DNA of 64,000 nucleotides from Vulcanimicrobiota bacterium. Lineage in GTDB: Bacteria > Vulcanimicrobiota > Xenobia > Xenobiales > JADMJV01. Position numbers and translations under genes: made by a program. Shown one piece after another: positions 9,476 through 18,421 of this stretch; position 1 is the stretch's first letter, and each line of letters starts with the position of its first letter. The DNA lies in contig JBFWNU010000004.1 of NCBI GenBank assembly GCA_050250895.1, forward strand, positions 1-64,000, written 5' to 3'. The notes under the pieces are model-generated. The model saw nothing but the letters and a program-made list of their open reading frames with translations, did no database searches and was not told where the DNA came from.

Positions 9476-10401
9476 GTTCGCTCTTCGTGCTGAGCCCGCA
9501 GGCTGGCCCACACCGAGGCACCGATACATGCCACGATGACACCGATCGAAAGCGCTGGCGAGATCTCGATCACACCGTCGAGCAGGATTTTAATCCCGGC
9601 GAAGGCCAGCACTGCTGCCAGTCCATAGTGAAGGTAGCGAAACTTGTCGAAACTGGTCTGGAGATAAAGATAGAGTGCCCGTAGGCCTAGAATGGCGAAG
9701 ATGTTCGAACTGTAGACCAGAAAACGGTTGTGAGTCACCGACAGGGCGGCCGGCACCGAGTCCACGGCGAACATGACATCGGTGATTTCGATCGCCAGCA
9801 AGGCCAACAGCAAGGGACTGGCTGCCCATCTACCGTCTTTTTCGGCCAGGAAGTTGTGGTCTTCCACCCTCTTGGTCACCGGCAGGTGGTTCGACAACCA
9901 TTCCACCGTGCGACTGCCTTCCTCTTCACCCGGATTCTTGCGAGCCGAACGCCAGGCCCCATAGAGGAGGACGGCGGCGAAGAGATACGAGACCCAGTTC
10001 CAACGCTCGATGGCTTCGACGCCGAGAAAGATGAAGACTCCACGAAAGACAACCGCCCCGAGGATGCCCCAAAAGAGGACGCGATGCTGGTATTCTTCGG
10101 CGATCCTCAAGCCTTTGAAAATCACGTAGAAGAGGAAAAGGTTATCCAGGCTGAGGCCCTTCTCCATGGCATAGGCTGCATAGTACTCCTGAGCCATGTG
10201 CCCGTCGCCGACCATCCAAACGAACCCGCCAAATCCGAGACCTACGCAGACCCAGGCAATGGTCCAATAAAGGTTCTTGCGATGGAGTTGCTTGCCCTGA
10301 CGTTGTTCGCCGTGGTAGCTCCACAAATCGACGGCAAGCAAGACGAGAACGGTGACGCCAAAGACGAGCCAGGCCCAACTGGGGATTTGTGTCTGGTGCA
10401 T
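9472..10401 (-). CDS. TerC/Alx family metal homeostasis membrane protein
   Basis: EKGLSLDNLFLF, QHRVLFWGILGA, DVMFAVDSVPA, SSNIFAILGLRALY. Confidence 0.95.
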   Translation of the reverse strand: MHQTQIPSWAWLVFGVTVLVLLAVDLWSYHGEQRQGKQLHRKNLYWTIAWVCVGLGFGGFVWMVGDGHMAQEYYAAYAMEKGLSLDNLFLFYVIFKGLRIAEEYQHRVLFWGILGAVVFRGVFIFLGVEAIERWNWVSYLFAAVLLYGAWRSARKNPGEEEGSRTVEWLSNHLPVTKRVEDHNFLAEKDGRWAASPLLLALLAIEITDVMFAVDSVPAALSVTHNRFLVYSSNIFAILGLRALYLYLQTSFDKFRYLHYGLAAVLAFAGIKILLDGVIEISPALSIGVIVACIGASVWASLRAQHEERT

Positions 10402-10503
10402 TCTTCAAGGTTAGGCCACACAGCCTTGCTCCAATAGGAACCGCCCGGATGCCGAGGGGGCACTCGGATGGCCTCGGCCGTGCTCTTTCTGCTAGACTAG
10501 GGC

Positions 10504-11586
10504 GTGCGAATCGAAGAGTTCGACTTCAAAGTCGGCAGGAGGTTGCCCTGGCGGTTCTGGTTGAGTCGAGGCAAGGCACTGCCCGAGAACGCTTTGCCAG
10601 ATTTCTCGGCGGTGGGAAACTTCACCCACCTCCCGCCGGGCCAGGTGCACCTGGCCGGGCAAGTCCGAGAGGTGGAGGGCTTTCCCCACTTCGAGGTGCA
10701 CCTGTTCGCCCACCAGCGTTTGCCTGACCCCTGGGAGCGGGCCTCTTCTCAGCTGGCCGGTTTGTTCTTCCATGCGCTAAGAGCAAACCTTGGGCGGAAC
10801 TACTTCGCGCCCCGAGCGGCTGTGGCCCGGCTGGGATTCCTCGGGCGAAAAGATCGGCTCGAGCCGCAGGAGCGCGGCGAGTTGGCCTTTCTTGAGCACG
10901 CTCCCATCTTCGAAGACTGCCGTAACGAGAAGCGACTCTTGCGTCTACAAGACTTGCGTCGGCTGCGGGCGGTGCGAATGGTGGCGCTGAGTGAAGCCCT
11001 CAAACTGCGCGGCAAGGCGGGCCACCCCGAGATCTGCTTTCTCGAACAGACTCCTTCGCTAGCCTTCATCCTCAATCACTATCAGCTGCCCGACCAGCCA
11101 GGCTGGGCCAGCCAGCAGTTGGCTGAAGCCCTGGCCCCGTTGGTACTGCCTTCCGAGCGCGAGCAAGCCCATCACGTGTCGTTCGGACAACGAACACGCA
11201 ACGGGCGCCGCTGGGAGTTTGCCGGGCACCGTGGCTCGCTCGTGGTCGACCTGGAGCGCGGGGTGGTCGAAGGGTTCGACAAGAGCTTCTCGATCCCGGG
11301 GCTGGTCCGGGTCGACATCGACGAAGAAGAGATCTTTGGCGACACCAAGTATCACAACCTCTTCTATCTGGCCCTGGCCGATTCGGAAAAGACATTGGTG
11401 GTCTACGATCGCTATGTCACCTACCACGAGGGCGGCCCGGTGCAGGCTGACCTCGACCGCCGTCAGGACCAGGCCAAGGCCTGGCTCCACGATATTCCGG
11501 GCTTGCTCGGCTGCGCGCAGACTCGCCTGGCGCGCCACGACCTCATAGCGTCTCGCGAAAATGGCTCAGCAGATCCATGGTGGTGA
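10504..11586 (+). CDS. Hypothetical protein
   Basis: 360-aa ORF with plausible composition; TAGACT 5 nt upstream of the GTG. Confidence 0.6.
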   Translation: MRIEEFDFKVGRRLPWRFWLSRGKALPENALPDFSAVGNFTHLPPGQVHLAGQVREVEGFPHFEVHLFAHQRLPDPWERASSQLAGLFFHALRANLGRNYFAPRAAVARLGFLGRKDRLEPQERGELAFLEHAPIFEDCRNEKRLLRLQDLRRLRAVRMVALSEALKLRGKAGHPEICFLEQTPSLAFILNHYQLPDQPGWASQQLAEALAPLVLPSEREQAHHVSFGQRTRNGRRWEFAGHRGSLVVDLERGVVEGFDKSFSIPGLVRVDIDEEEIFGDTKYHNLFYLALADSEKTLVVYDRYVTYHEGGPVQADLDRRQDQAKAWLHDIPGLLGCAQTRLARHDLIASRENGSADPWW

Positions 11587-11968
11587 CCAGGCCGGTCAGC
11601 TTGCCATCCTTGGTCACCACGACACGGTGAATGCCATTCTCGAGCATGAGATCGAGCACCTCGGCCAGGCTTGAATCCTCGGTGGCATAGAACACATAGG
11701 GCGTCATAATGTCGGCCACCACCAATTCGCAGCCGACTTCGGGCGGATCGCTGGGCTCGAGGAAAAGGGAGCGGTAGAAGGCCCTCGGGTCGCCTGGCAA
11801 TCGAGAGACCAGATCGGCCTGCGATACCAGACCGAGCAACTCGCCCCCAGCCCCCACCACCGGAAAACCTGAAACGTGGTGCCGGGTAAAAAGCGGACCG
11901 AGCTGCTCGATGGGCAGGCCGGGCGGCACGGTCATCACCTGGCGGGCCATAATCGAAGCGATGGTCAT
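11543..11968 (-). CDS. CBS domain pair protein
   Basis: IMARQVMTV, SGFPVV, VADIMT, IHRVVV, GLVTTMDLL; AAGGAG RBS. Confidence 0.9.
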   Translation of the reverse strand: MTIASIMARQVMTVPPGLPIEQLGPLFTRHHVSGFPVVGAGGELLGLVSQADLVSRLPGDPRAFYRSLFLEPSDPPEVGCELVVADIMTPYVFYATEDSSLAEVLDLMLENGIHRVVVTKDGKLTGLVTTMDLLSHFRETL

Positions 11969-12186
11969 ACGCCTCTTCTCCTTCGGACACTCGTCGGGCG
12001 GCTCGTGAGGTTCCTGGTCACGCGCTTTGCGCACGGGTTGACCCGGCTCCAACGAGCGAGGACCGGGGTTGGGAGTCGCGGCCACGTAAACGTTGGGATG
12101 GACGTGAGGCGAGTACATACTCGGTAATTCTGGACGCAATCCGACAAACCTACCACAGGGGATCGAGCCGAATTGCCCAACTGATC

Positions 12187-12912
12187 ATGATGCTCGACCG
12201 TGTCCTGGTTTCCATCCGCAACATGCTGGTTCGCCGACAGTGGGATTTTAGCGACCGGCGCAACCTGCTCCGAGTGCAGTGCAAAATCGAGGTGCAGGTC
12301 CAAACTTCCCCCGAGGTTTTGATGCCCGCCGAAGTGCTCGACATCAGCCTGACCGGCCTTCGGCTGCTATGCTTCGGGCCAGTTCGCAACGGTCAGAGCT
12401 TGACTGTCAGACATCGCCAGCCGGGCCTCAACACCGAGGTGGATACGGTCAGTTGCAAAGTTGCCTGGGTCGAAAAGGCACCTACCGGCAGCCTGGTCGG
12501 GGTAGCCTTCGAGGATGATGGCTCGATTTTGCTGCGCAGCTGGGTGCACGACGAACTCAAAGCGCTCGGTATGGCCGGCGGTACAGCCAAACAAAAGCGT
12601 GAGAATGTGCGCGTGGTCTGCGCCATCCCGGCCCGGTGTTACGTGCAGGGTGAGCCGGTGCGCAAGAGCGTTATCCGAGACATCGGGCTTGGGGGCTCCA
12701 GGGTGGAGGTGCCGGGCGGACTGATCGCGGCCGGACATCCGGTGGTCCTCAAGTTCGGTCCCATCAAAGAATTGCCCAAAGTGGGAGTGGGCGCGGTGGT
12801 GGTGGCTCCTCTTAAAGGGGCGACGATTCAGTATCGCTTGCGTTTCGCCAAGTACCTCGAGGGCGGCCCCAAAGAGGTAGAACGTTACCTCACTTTCTTT
12901 CTGAGATCTTAG
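12187..12912 (+). CDS. Tandem PilZ-domain protein (putative c-di-GMP receptor)
   Basis: RRNLLR + DISLTG and KRENVR + DIGLGG (RxxxR and D/NxSxxG-like motifs, twice). Confidence 0.8.
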   Translation: MMLDRVLVSIRNMLVRRQWDFSDRRNLLRVQCKIEVQVQTSPEVLMPAEVLDISLTGLRLLCFGPVRNGQSLTVRHRQPGLNTEVDTVSCKVAWVEKAPTGSLVGVAFEDDGSILLRSWVHDELKALGMAGGTAKQKRENVRVVCAIPARCYVQGEPVRKSVIRDIGLGGSRVEVPGGLIAAGHPVVLKFGPIKELPKVGVGAVVVAPLKGATIQYRLRFAKYLEGGPKEVERYLTFFLRS

Positions 12913-13774
12913 CCAGAGCCCAGTCCACGCATTCTTGCACCACTCCGTCGGGGGGAACGTGCCCCATTGCCCGGGTCCACAGAGTCACCGGCAGTCGGCG
13001 GGCGCCCAGGAAGCGCTCGACTTCGGCCAGACTCCCGGAGGGTAGAGACTCATCCTCGGTCCCGAGCAAAACCAGGGTGGGCACCCGGGCCTTCTCGAGG
13101 GCATCGGTGGTCTTCACTTCGAGAATCGAGTTCCAAAAGCGATAGCTGTTACGGGCCAGGGCCTGATCGGAAGCCCATTCGCGAGAGTCGGGAGTGGTAT
13201 GGCAGGCTGAACGCATCGCCTCGAACTCGGCCAGCCAGGCCTGCCGGGCGGCTTCTGGAGCGCCGCCCGCCCGCATCTTTTCGAGCACTTGCTCGGGTAA
13301 CCACTCGGCCATCGGTTTGACCGTCACGCTCGAGATCAAGACGGCGGCCCGCGTCTCGGGCACCAGAGTGGCCAGAATCCCCGCCACCAGGCCCCCTTCC
13401 GATCCACCCACCAGAAGCAACCTCCCGTCCCAACCGCTCTCGGAGTGACGAAGGTGAGCGATCACCTCGAGATAGTCCAGCAACCTTCGCTCGATACTGT
13501 TCTGGCCCAGATAGTCTTGCACCGACAATCCTGGCCCGATGCCCGGCTTCTCCACCGTCAAGACGGCCACGCCGCGCTTGAGCAGGTGTTCACGGACCGG
13601 ACCAAAACGATCAGCTGCCGGCCGGTATTCAGAGCCTTGCAGAACGATCAGAATCGGAAAACCCGCCTCGGGGGGACGGGTCAGGTCGTAATATATGGGA
13701 GTTCCGTCCGGGCGCGGCAAGCTTTCGGCAGCCACCGAACCAGACAGGAGAAGAGTCAGAATGAGCCATCGCAT
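12890..13774 (-). CDS. Secreted alpha/beta hydrolase
   Basis: Signal peptide; EKPG, GGSEGG nucleophile elbow, GTED, MGH. Confidence 0.82.
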   Translation of the reverse strand: MRWLILTLLLSGSVAAESLPRPDGTPIYYDLTRPPEAGFPILIVLQGSEYRPAADRFGPVREHLLKRGVAVLTVEKPGIGPGLSVQDYLGQNSIERRLLDYLEVIAHLRHSESGWDGRLLLVGGSEGGLVAGILATLVPETRAAVLISSVTVKPMAEWLPEQVLEKMRAGGAPEAARQAWLAEFEAMRSACHTTPDSREWASDQALARNSYRFWNSILEVKTTDALEKARVPTLVLLGTEDESLPSGSLAEVERFLGARRLPVTLWTRAMGHVPPDGVVQECVDWALAKISERK

Positions 13775-13814
13775 GCTGGCTCATTCTCAACTGACGCATG
13801 AAAACACTGCGTCG

Positions 13815-14204
13815 CTAGCGCTCGGCCACGCCGATGTCGAGGGGTCTACCCGAGCCAGCCGCATAGACCGATACTCTCAGCTTGAGGTTGGCCTCGCTAT
13901 AGTCCCACCACTGGGGTGAGACCACCACTACCGTGGAGTGCGCTGCCAGGGACGGGCAACTCAAGTCGAAGCTCCGGCGCACCCCTTCAGAGTCGTAGAA
14001 GTCGAAGCGGACTCGCAGGTCGGGACTCTCGTGATTGGCGCCGTTGCGCACCACGGCCCGTCCCCACAAGCGTTGGCCCTGGCCGTAGTATGAGCCGGTC
14101 CAGGGTTGGCGGAGTTGAGCGCTGACCAGGCGAACGCCGGCCGCGGCTTCGGCCATCCCCAGCAGGGTCGCCACCAGGATCAAGGCTGCAAGTTTGCGGG
14201 TCAT
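13815..14204 (-). CDS. Hypothetical secreted protein (Ig-like beta sandwich?)
   Basis: Signal peptide; alternating beta pattern; coupled to the upstream gene. Confidence 0.6.
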   Translation of the reverse strand: MTRKLAALILVATLLGMAEAAAGVRLVSAQLRQPWTGSYYGQGQRLWGRAVVRNGANHESPDLRVRFDFYDSEGVRRSFDLSCPSLAAHSTVVVVSPQWWDYSEANLKLRVSVYAAGSGRPLDIGVAER

Positions 14205-14626
14205 TAGCGCACCGCCGTGGCCCGGTCGAACTCTCGCAAGTCAGCGCTGAGTTCGGCCGACAACTCGACGAGACGTGCGATCCGATCATCGAGCGCTTCC
14301 AGCCTCTTTTGCTCGGCCTGGGTGAGGTCCTCGCGACGATGCAGGTCGGCTGCAGTCTGCTCCAGGGCAGCTAGAAAGTCTTCTCTCTCGACGGTGATGG
14401 CCATCGCTTGCTCAGAGGTCTGAACCGGGCTTTCATCGGGGGTGACGGTCCGTCCGGTCAGACTCTTGTCCTGTCCGAGGTCGGCCGAATAGGGATACAT
14501 TTTATAGGGAGCCTCGACGGTGGTGTCCCGTCGCGGTGAGTCCAGGCTCACGTCATCGTTGGTGCGGGCGCAGCCGCTCAGGACCAGGCAAGCACCGGCT
14601 AGTAGCATCAGGCAAAGTCTTCTCAT
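14204..14626 (-). CDS. Hypothetical lipoprotein with a C-terminal coiled coil
   Basis: LSGC lipobox; GGAGG RBS. Confidence 0.7.
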   Translation of the reverse strand: MRRLCLMLLAGACLVLSGCARTNDDVSLDSPRRDTTVEAPYKMYPYSADLGQDKSLTGRTVTPDESPVQTSEQAMAITVEREDFLAALEQTAADLHRREDLTQAEQKRLEALDDRIARLVELSAELSADLREFDRATAVR

Positions 14627-14871
14627 GGGGCCTCCTGGCATGAGTTTAGACCCACAGCCGCCGCGCCCGCCTCACCCAGGCGTCTCGCTCAGGGGCATCC
14701 TCTTGCACCTTTTATCCTCTGGTATAGAGGCCTGCTATCTCGCTGGATGTCATGCAACAGCCTGAACTGATGGTAATTTAAGCCTAGAACCGAAACAACG
14801 AATCTGGTCCCAGACCCAAGACAATCCCACCAAAACCAAACCCATCAACCTCACCAGATTCGTGGACACCT

Positions 14872-14896
14872 AGCGCCCGGCGGCCCGCCGGGCGCT
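14872..14896. terminator. GC-rich hairpin, probable intrinsic terminator
   Basis: AGCGCCCGGCGG/CCGCCGGGCGCT perfect inverted repeat just past the MCP stop. Confidence 0.65.
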
Positions 14897-14906
14897 TATC
14901 TTATGT

Positions 14907-16100
14907 CTACTGCCCACGAATGGCCTTGAGGAAGTGGAACGATTCGTCCTGAAGCCTGGTGGCCAGGTCGGCCAGCAGATCGGCTGACTCGAGCAATTGC
15001 CCGGCGGCACCGCTAGTCTCGCTGGTGGCCACACTCATTCCCTGGACGTTCTCAGAGGTTTCGCGCGTTCCCAGGGCGGCCTGTTGGACGTTCTGGCTGA
15101 TCTCGTTGGTGGCGAATTTTTGCTCTTCGACCGCCGAAGCGATCCGTCCCGAGATGTCGTGCACCCGGTCGATGGTGTCACCGATGCGGCCGATGGCGCT
15201 GACCGCCTCTTCGGTACAGCGCTGGATACCCTCCACCTGGCGCTCAATGTCTTCGGTGGCCTCGGCTGTCTGGCGAGCCAGACTCTTGACTTCTGAAGCC
15301 ACCACGGCGAACCCCTTGCCCGCCTCGCCAGCGCGCGCGGCCTCGATGGCCGCATTGAGCGCCAGCAGGTTGGTCTGGGACGCGATCTCGGTGATCAGCT
15401 TGACCACGACACCAATCTTGCGGGAACCGTCGGATAGCCCCGAAACGATTCCCCGAGTCTTGTCAGATTCTTCTACAGCCACTTTGGTTACCTGGGTCGA
15501 CTCATCGACTTTGGAAGCGATCTCGGCTACCGAGGTGGCCATCTCTTCGGTGGCCGAAGCCACCGCCTGGACGTTCATCGAGGTCTCTTCCGAGGCGGCC
15601 GCCACGGCCGTTGCCCGCTGCGAGGTCTCGCCCGCCATGGCGGCCAGCGCAGCCGCCGTGTTCTGGACCATCGAGGCCGATTCGACCACCGCTCCGACGA
15701 CCCCCGAGACGGTGCTCTCGAACTCGTCGGCCAGAGCCAGCTTCTGGGTTTCGGCTCGGGCCAGAGCGGCCGCCTGCTGACCCATCTCGTCGGTGGCTTG
15801 ATTGATACACACGGCGGCCCCACGGAAGCTACCCAACATTCCCCGCAGCATCACCCGGCGATAGAACTTGCCCTGGCTGGCATATTCCAACGCGGCCCGA
15901 GACTCGCGCACGAAGGCGTCGGTCATGTCGAGCAAGTGGTTGATGGCGTGTAAGAGTTCGCCCAGGTCGCCCTCCACATCAATGTTGAGCAGGCGCGCTT
16001 CCAGGTCGCCCTCTGAGGCCTGTTGACAGACCCGTCTGGCCTGCCGAATCCACTCGCTGGTGGCGGCGTGGGTTGCTTCTTTTTGTGCGGTTGTTGCCAT
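14907..16100 (-). CDS. Soluble methyl-accepting chemotaxis protein
   Basis: [34 protein letters not shown]; no TM; HAMP-like N-terminus. Confidence 0.95.
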   Translation of the reverse strand: MATTAQKEATHAATSEWIRQARRVCQQASEGDLEARLLNIDVEGDLGELLHAINHLLDMTDAFVRESRAALEYASQGKFYRRVMLRGMLGSFRGAAVCINQATDEMGQQAAALARAETQKLALADEFESTVSGVVGAVVESASMVQNTAAALAAMAGETSQRATAVAAASEETSMNVQAVASATEEMATSVAEIASKVDESTQVTKVAVEESDKTRGIVSGLSDGSRKIGVVVKLITEIASQTNLLALNAAIEAARAGEAGKGFAVVASEVKSLARQTAEATEDIERQVEGIQRCTEEAVSAIGRIGDTIDRVHDISGRIASAVEEQKFATNEISQNVQQAALGTRETSENVQGMSVATSETSGAAGQLLESADLLADLATRLQDESFHFLKAIRGQ

Positions 16101-16101
16101 C

Positions 16102-16641
16102 TCAGGCCTCCTTACTTACCAATGAAAAGATGAATTCGTCATAACTGGTGTTCTTGGCGACCAGCAGCTTCTGCAGAGCCTCGACTCCGGCCGCGGCCGC
16201 TTGTTTGGGATTGGAATGGCGCGCCTCTTCGAGCAGCAGCTGTGCGTAGAGGGGTTCGATAGCTGCCAGGGCGGCCCGCTCGGGCCAGCGCCGATTAGAA
16301 TGGTAGCCCATGATGCGCCCGTCGCCGTCGAAGGTGGGGGTGACGTGGGCCAGCACCCAATAATGGTCGCCGCCCTTGCACATGTTCTTCACGAAGGCGA
16401 AGATCTCGCGACCGGCCGCCATGGTGTCCCACAACAGGCGAAAGACGCTACGCGGCATGTCGGGATGGCGAATCATGTTGTGGGGTTGGCCGATGACCTC
16501 ACCCTCGCTGTAACCCGCGATTCTCAGAAAAACCCGATTCGCATAGGTAATGCGGCCTTTGAGATCGGTCTTGCTGACAATGATCTCTTCCTGGCCAAAA
16601 TGACGTTCAAGGCCCGTCGGCGCAAAAGCTGGCGCTCCCAT
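16102..16641 (-). CDS. Stand-alone Aer-type PAS (FAD) sensor
   Basis: [39 protein letters not shown]; AAGGAGG RBS. Confidence 0.92.
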   Translation of the reverse strand: MGAPAFAPTGLERHFGQEEIIVSKTDLKGRITYANRVFLRIAGYSEGEVIGQPHNMIRHPDMPRSVFRLLWDTMAAGREIFAFVKNMCKGGDHYWVLAHVTPTFDGDGRIMGYHSNRRWPERAALAAIEPLYAQLLLEEARHSNPKQAAAAGVEALQKLLVAKNTSYDEFIFSLVSKEA

Positions 16642-16692
16642 AAATACCTCCTTTGCCTGCAAGTATCGGCCGGAGGTCAGGGGGCTTTAGGG

Positions 16693-17235
16693 CTAGTTGT
16701 GTTTGGCCAGGCGAAAGCTTTTGATGTCGACCGAATCCGGCTCGTCGAGAATCTGGTCGAGCAACTGGTCTGAGTCGAGTTGCTGGCGGGCGAACTGATG
16801 TAAAAGGCGGTCGCTATTCTCACGAGCCTGAGCCAGACGGCCCTCGAGGCTCTTTCGTTCGCCCGCCTGAAGGGCAAAGGTCGCCTCGGCCTTCCCTTTG
16901 GCCGATCGGTTCATCAAGTAGAAGCCGGCCGCAGGGATGGGCGCCAGGCTCAAACCCAGAGTGATCAAGCCGGCGGTGCCGCCAATCTTCGACGCCAAAA
17001 ACATGCCGCCCATCCAGGAGCCGCAGATAATGAACAGGCCGTAGTTGGACATGGCCCTGCCTCGCTCGCTCTTGACGCAGTCGTCGAGCGTCAGGGGATG
17101 GGTCGCATCGAAACGGTCCAAAGCAGCCTGAGCGTTGACCACTTCTTGCTTGGCCTGCTCATAGGCGGGGTTCGGGCCCAACAAGCCGCGAGCGGCCCCG
17201 GCCAGATTGGCGTGGTGAACCACCGGAATCCTCAT
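16693..17235 (-). CDS. Hypothetical membrane protein (2 TM + coiled coil + acidic/beta C-terminal motif)
   Basis: Two hydrophobic Gly-rich helices; ends DEPDSVDIKSFRLAKHN. Confidence 0.7.
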   Translation of the reverse strand: MRIPVVHHANLAGAARGLLGPNPAYEQAKQEVVNAQAALDRFDATHPLTLDDCVKSERGRAMSNYGLFIICGSWMGGMFLASKIGGTAGLITLGLSLAPIPAAGFYLMNRSAKGKAEATFALQAGERKSLEGRLAQARENSDRLLHQFARQQLDSDQLLDQILDEPDSVDIKSFRLAKHN

Positions 17236-17266
17236 GCGGCTCAGTCTAGACGGTCCACCTTAACGC

Positions 17267-18421
17267 TTGCTTAAAACAGTTCAGCCAATTCAGCCGCCTT
17301 TCAGGGCACTCGATTACGCTGGCCCGGTGAAGATTCCCGCTGGTCGTCAGGACCTTATTCATCAGGTCGAAGCTCGTCGCCACAGCTTGCTGGCCGGCAA
17401 GAGTTCGCCGGCTCGCAACGAGGCCGCCAATCAGCTCGATTACGACCTGCAGGTGCTGCAATCGGCCCGCGGCGAGACGGTCGAGGCGATGGCCGAGTTA
17501 GCCGAGCAGTCCCGCCGGTTGGTCCGCAACGCCCGCCTGGGCGGTCTGGCCGCCGGTTTGGGCCTGGGAGTGACGGCCGGTTGCCTCAACGGGGCAGGTC
17601 TGGGCGGAGTCGGACTGGGCCTGGTGTGCGGATTGATCCCCGGCCTGGTGCTGGGACGTTTCGCTCAGGACGCCGCCGCCAGCTACGCATACCGGAGGAT
17701 TCAGCCGGTGGAAGTGGGTGAGGTGCTGGCCCGCTGGAGCGACCATCACCCCCAGCCGGACACCCTCGACCGGGTCAACGGCGGCGTCAACGCGGTCTTT
17801 GGCGGGCGCAGCTGGTTTGACGAGCAACCGGCCAGCCGGGCCTAGCCCAATCCCGGCCCGCTGGCCCAGGAATACTTCGCGGCCCTGGAGCTGGCCAGCC
17901 AGGTGCTCGCAGGCCAACCCGAAGGCCCGGCCCGCCAGGACGCTCTGCAGGCCATCGAACGCGATCGGGTTGCGCTGAGCCACCTTCCCGGTCAACAGCT
18001 GGGCGAACTGGCCGGCTTCGAAGACTCAGCCGCCAGCCGCTTTGACCTGGGCCGCAAAGTTGGCCTGGGCTTGGGAGCCGCCTTCGGCCTCACGGCCGGC
18101 ATCGTGGGCTACACCTCTGGAATGTCGTGGCTGGGCTCGTTGGGACTGGCCGCTGGCGGAGGCTTTATCAGCGGGGTGGTCCTGGCGGCGGTGGGGGCCG
18201 ACCTGGGCGAGAGCCTGGCCCCGGCCCGAATGGACAGCCTCGAAGCCGCTCACCGCTGGAAACCCCTGGTGGTCGAACGCCAGGCCCTCGAGGCCAAACT
18301 GGCCGCAGCGGCTGACCAGGTGAACGCCCTGGCCGACAGCAATTCGCATGGGCTCGACGTGAGCCTCGACGAAGACAGCCTGCGCATCGGCTCGATCAGC
18401 ATCCCTCTCCAGACAAACTAA
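17267..18421 (+). pseudogene. Two-repeat glycine-zipper membrane protein interrupted by an in-frame TAG (17843-17845); pseudogene or readthrough
   Basis: ORFs 17267-17845 and 17903-18421 share a frame, with only one stop between them; the halves resemble each other (LAG...PAR..A, glycine zipper, ...RW). Confidence 0.6.

Noticed and set aside
17843-17845. Genome-wide TAG reassignment
   Set aside because: Many conserved genes here end at TAG at the expected family length (e.g. the RND adaptors and the CoA-transferase).
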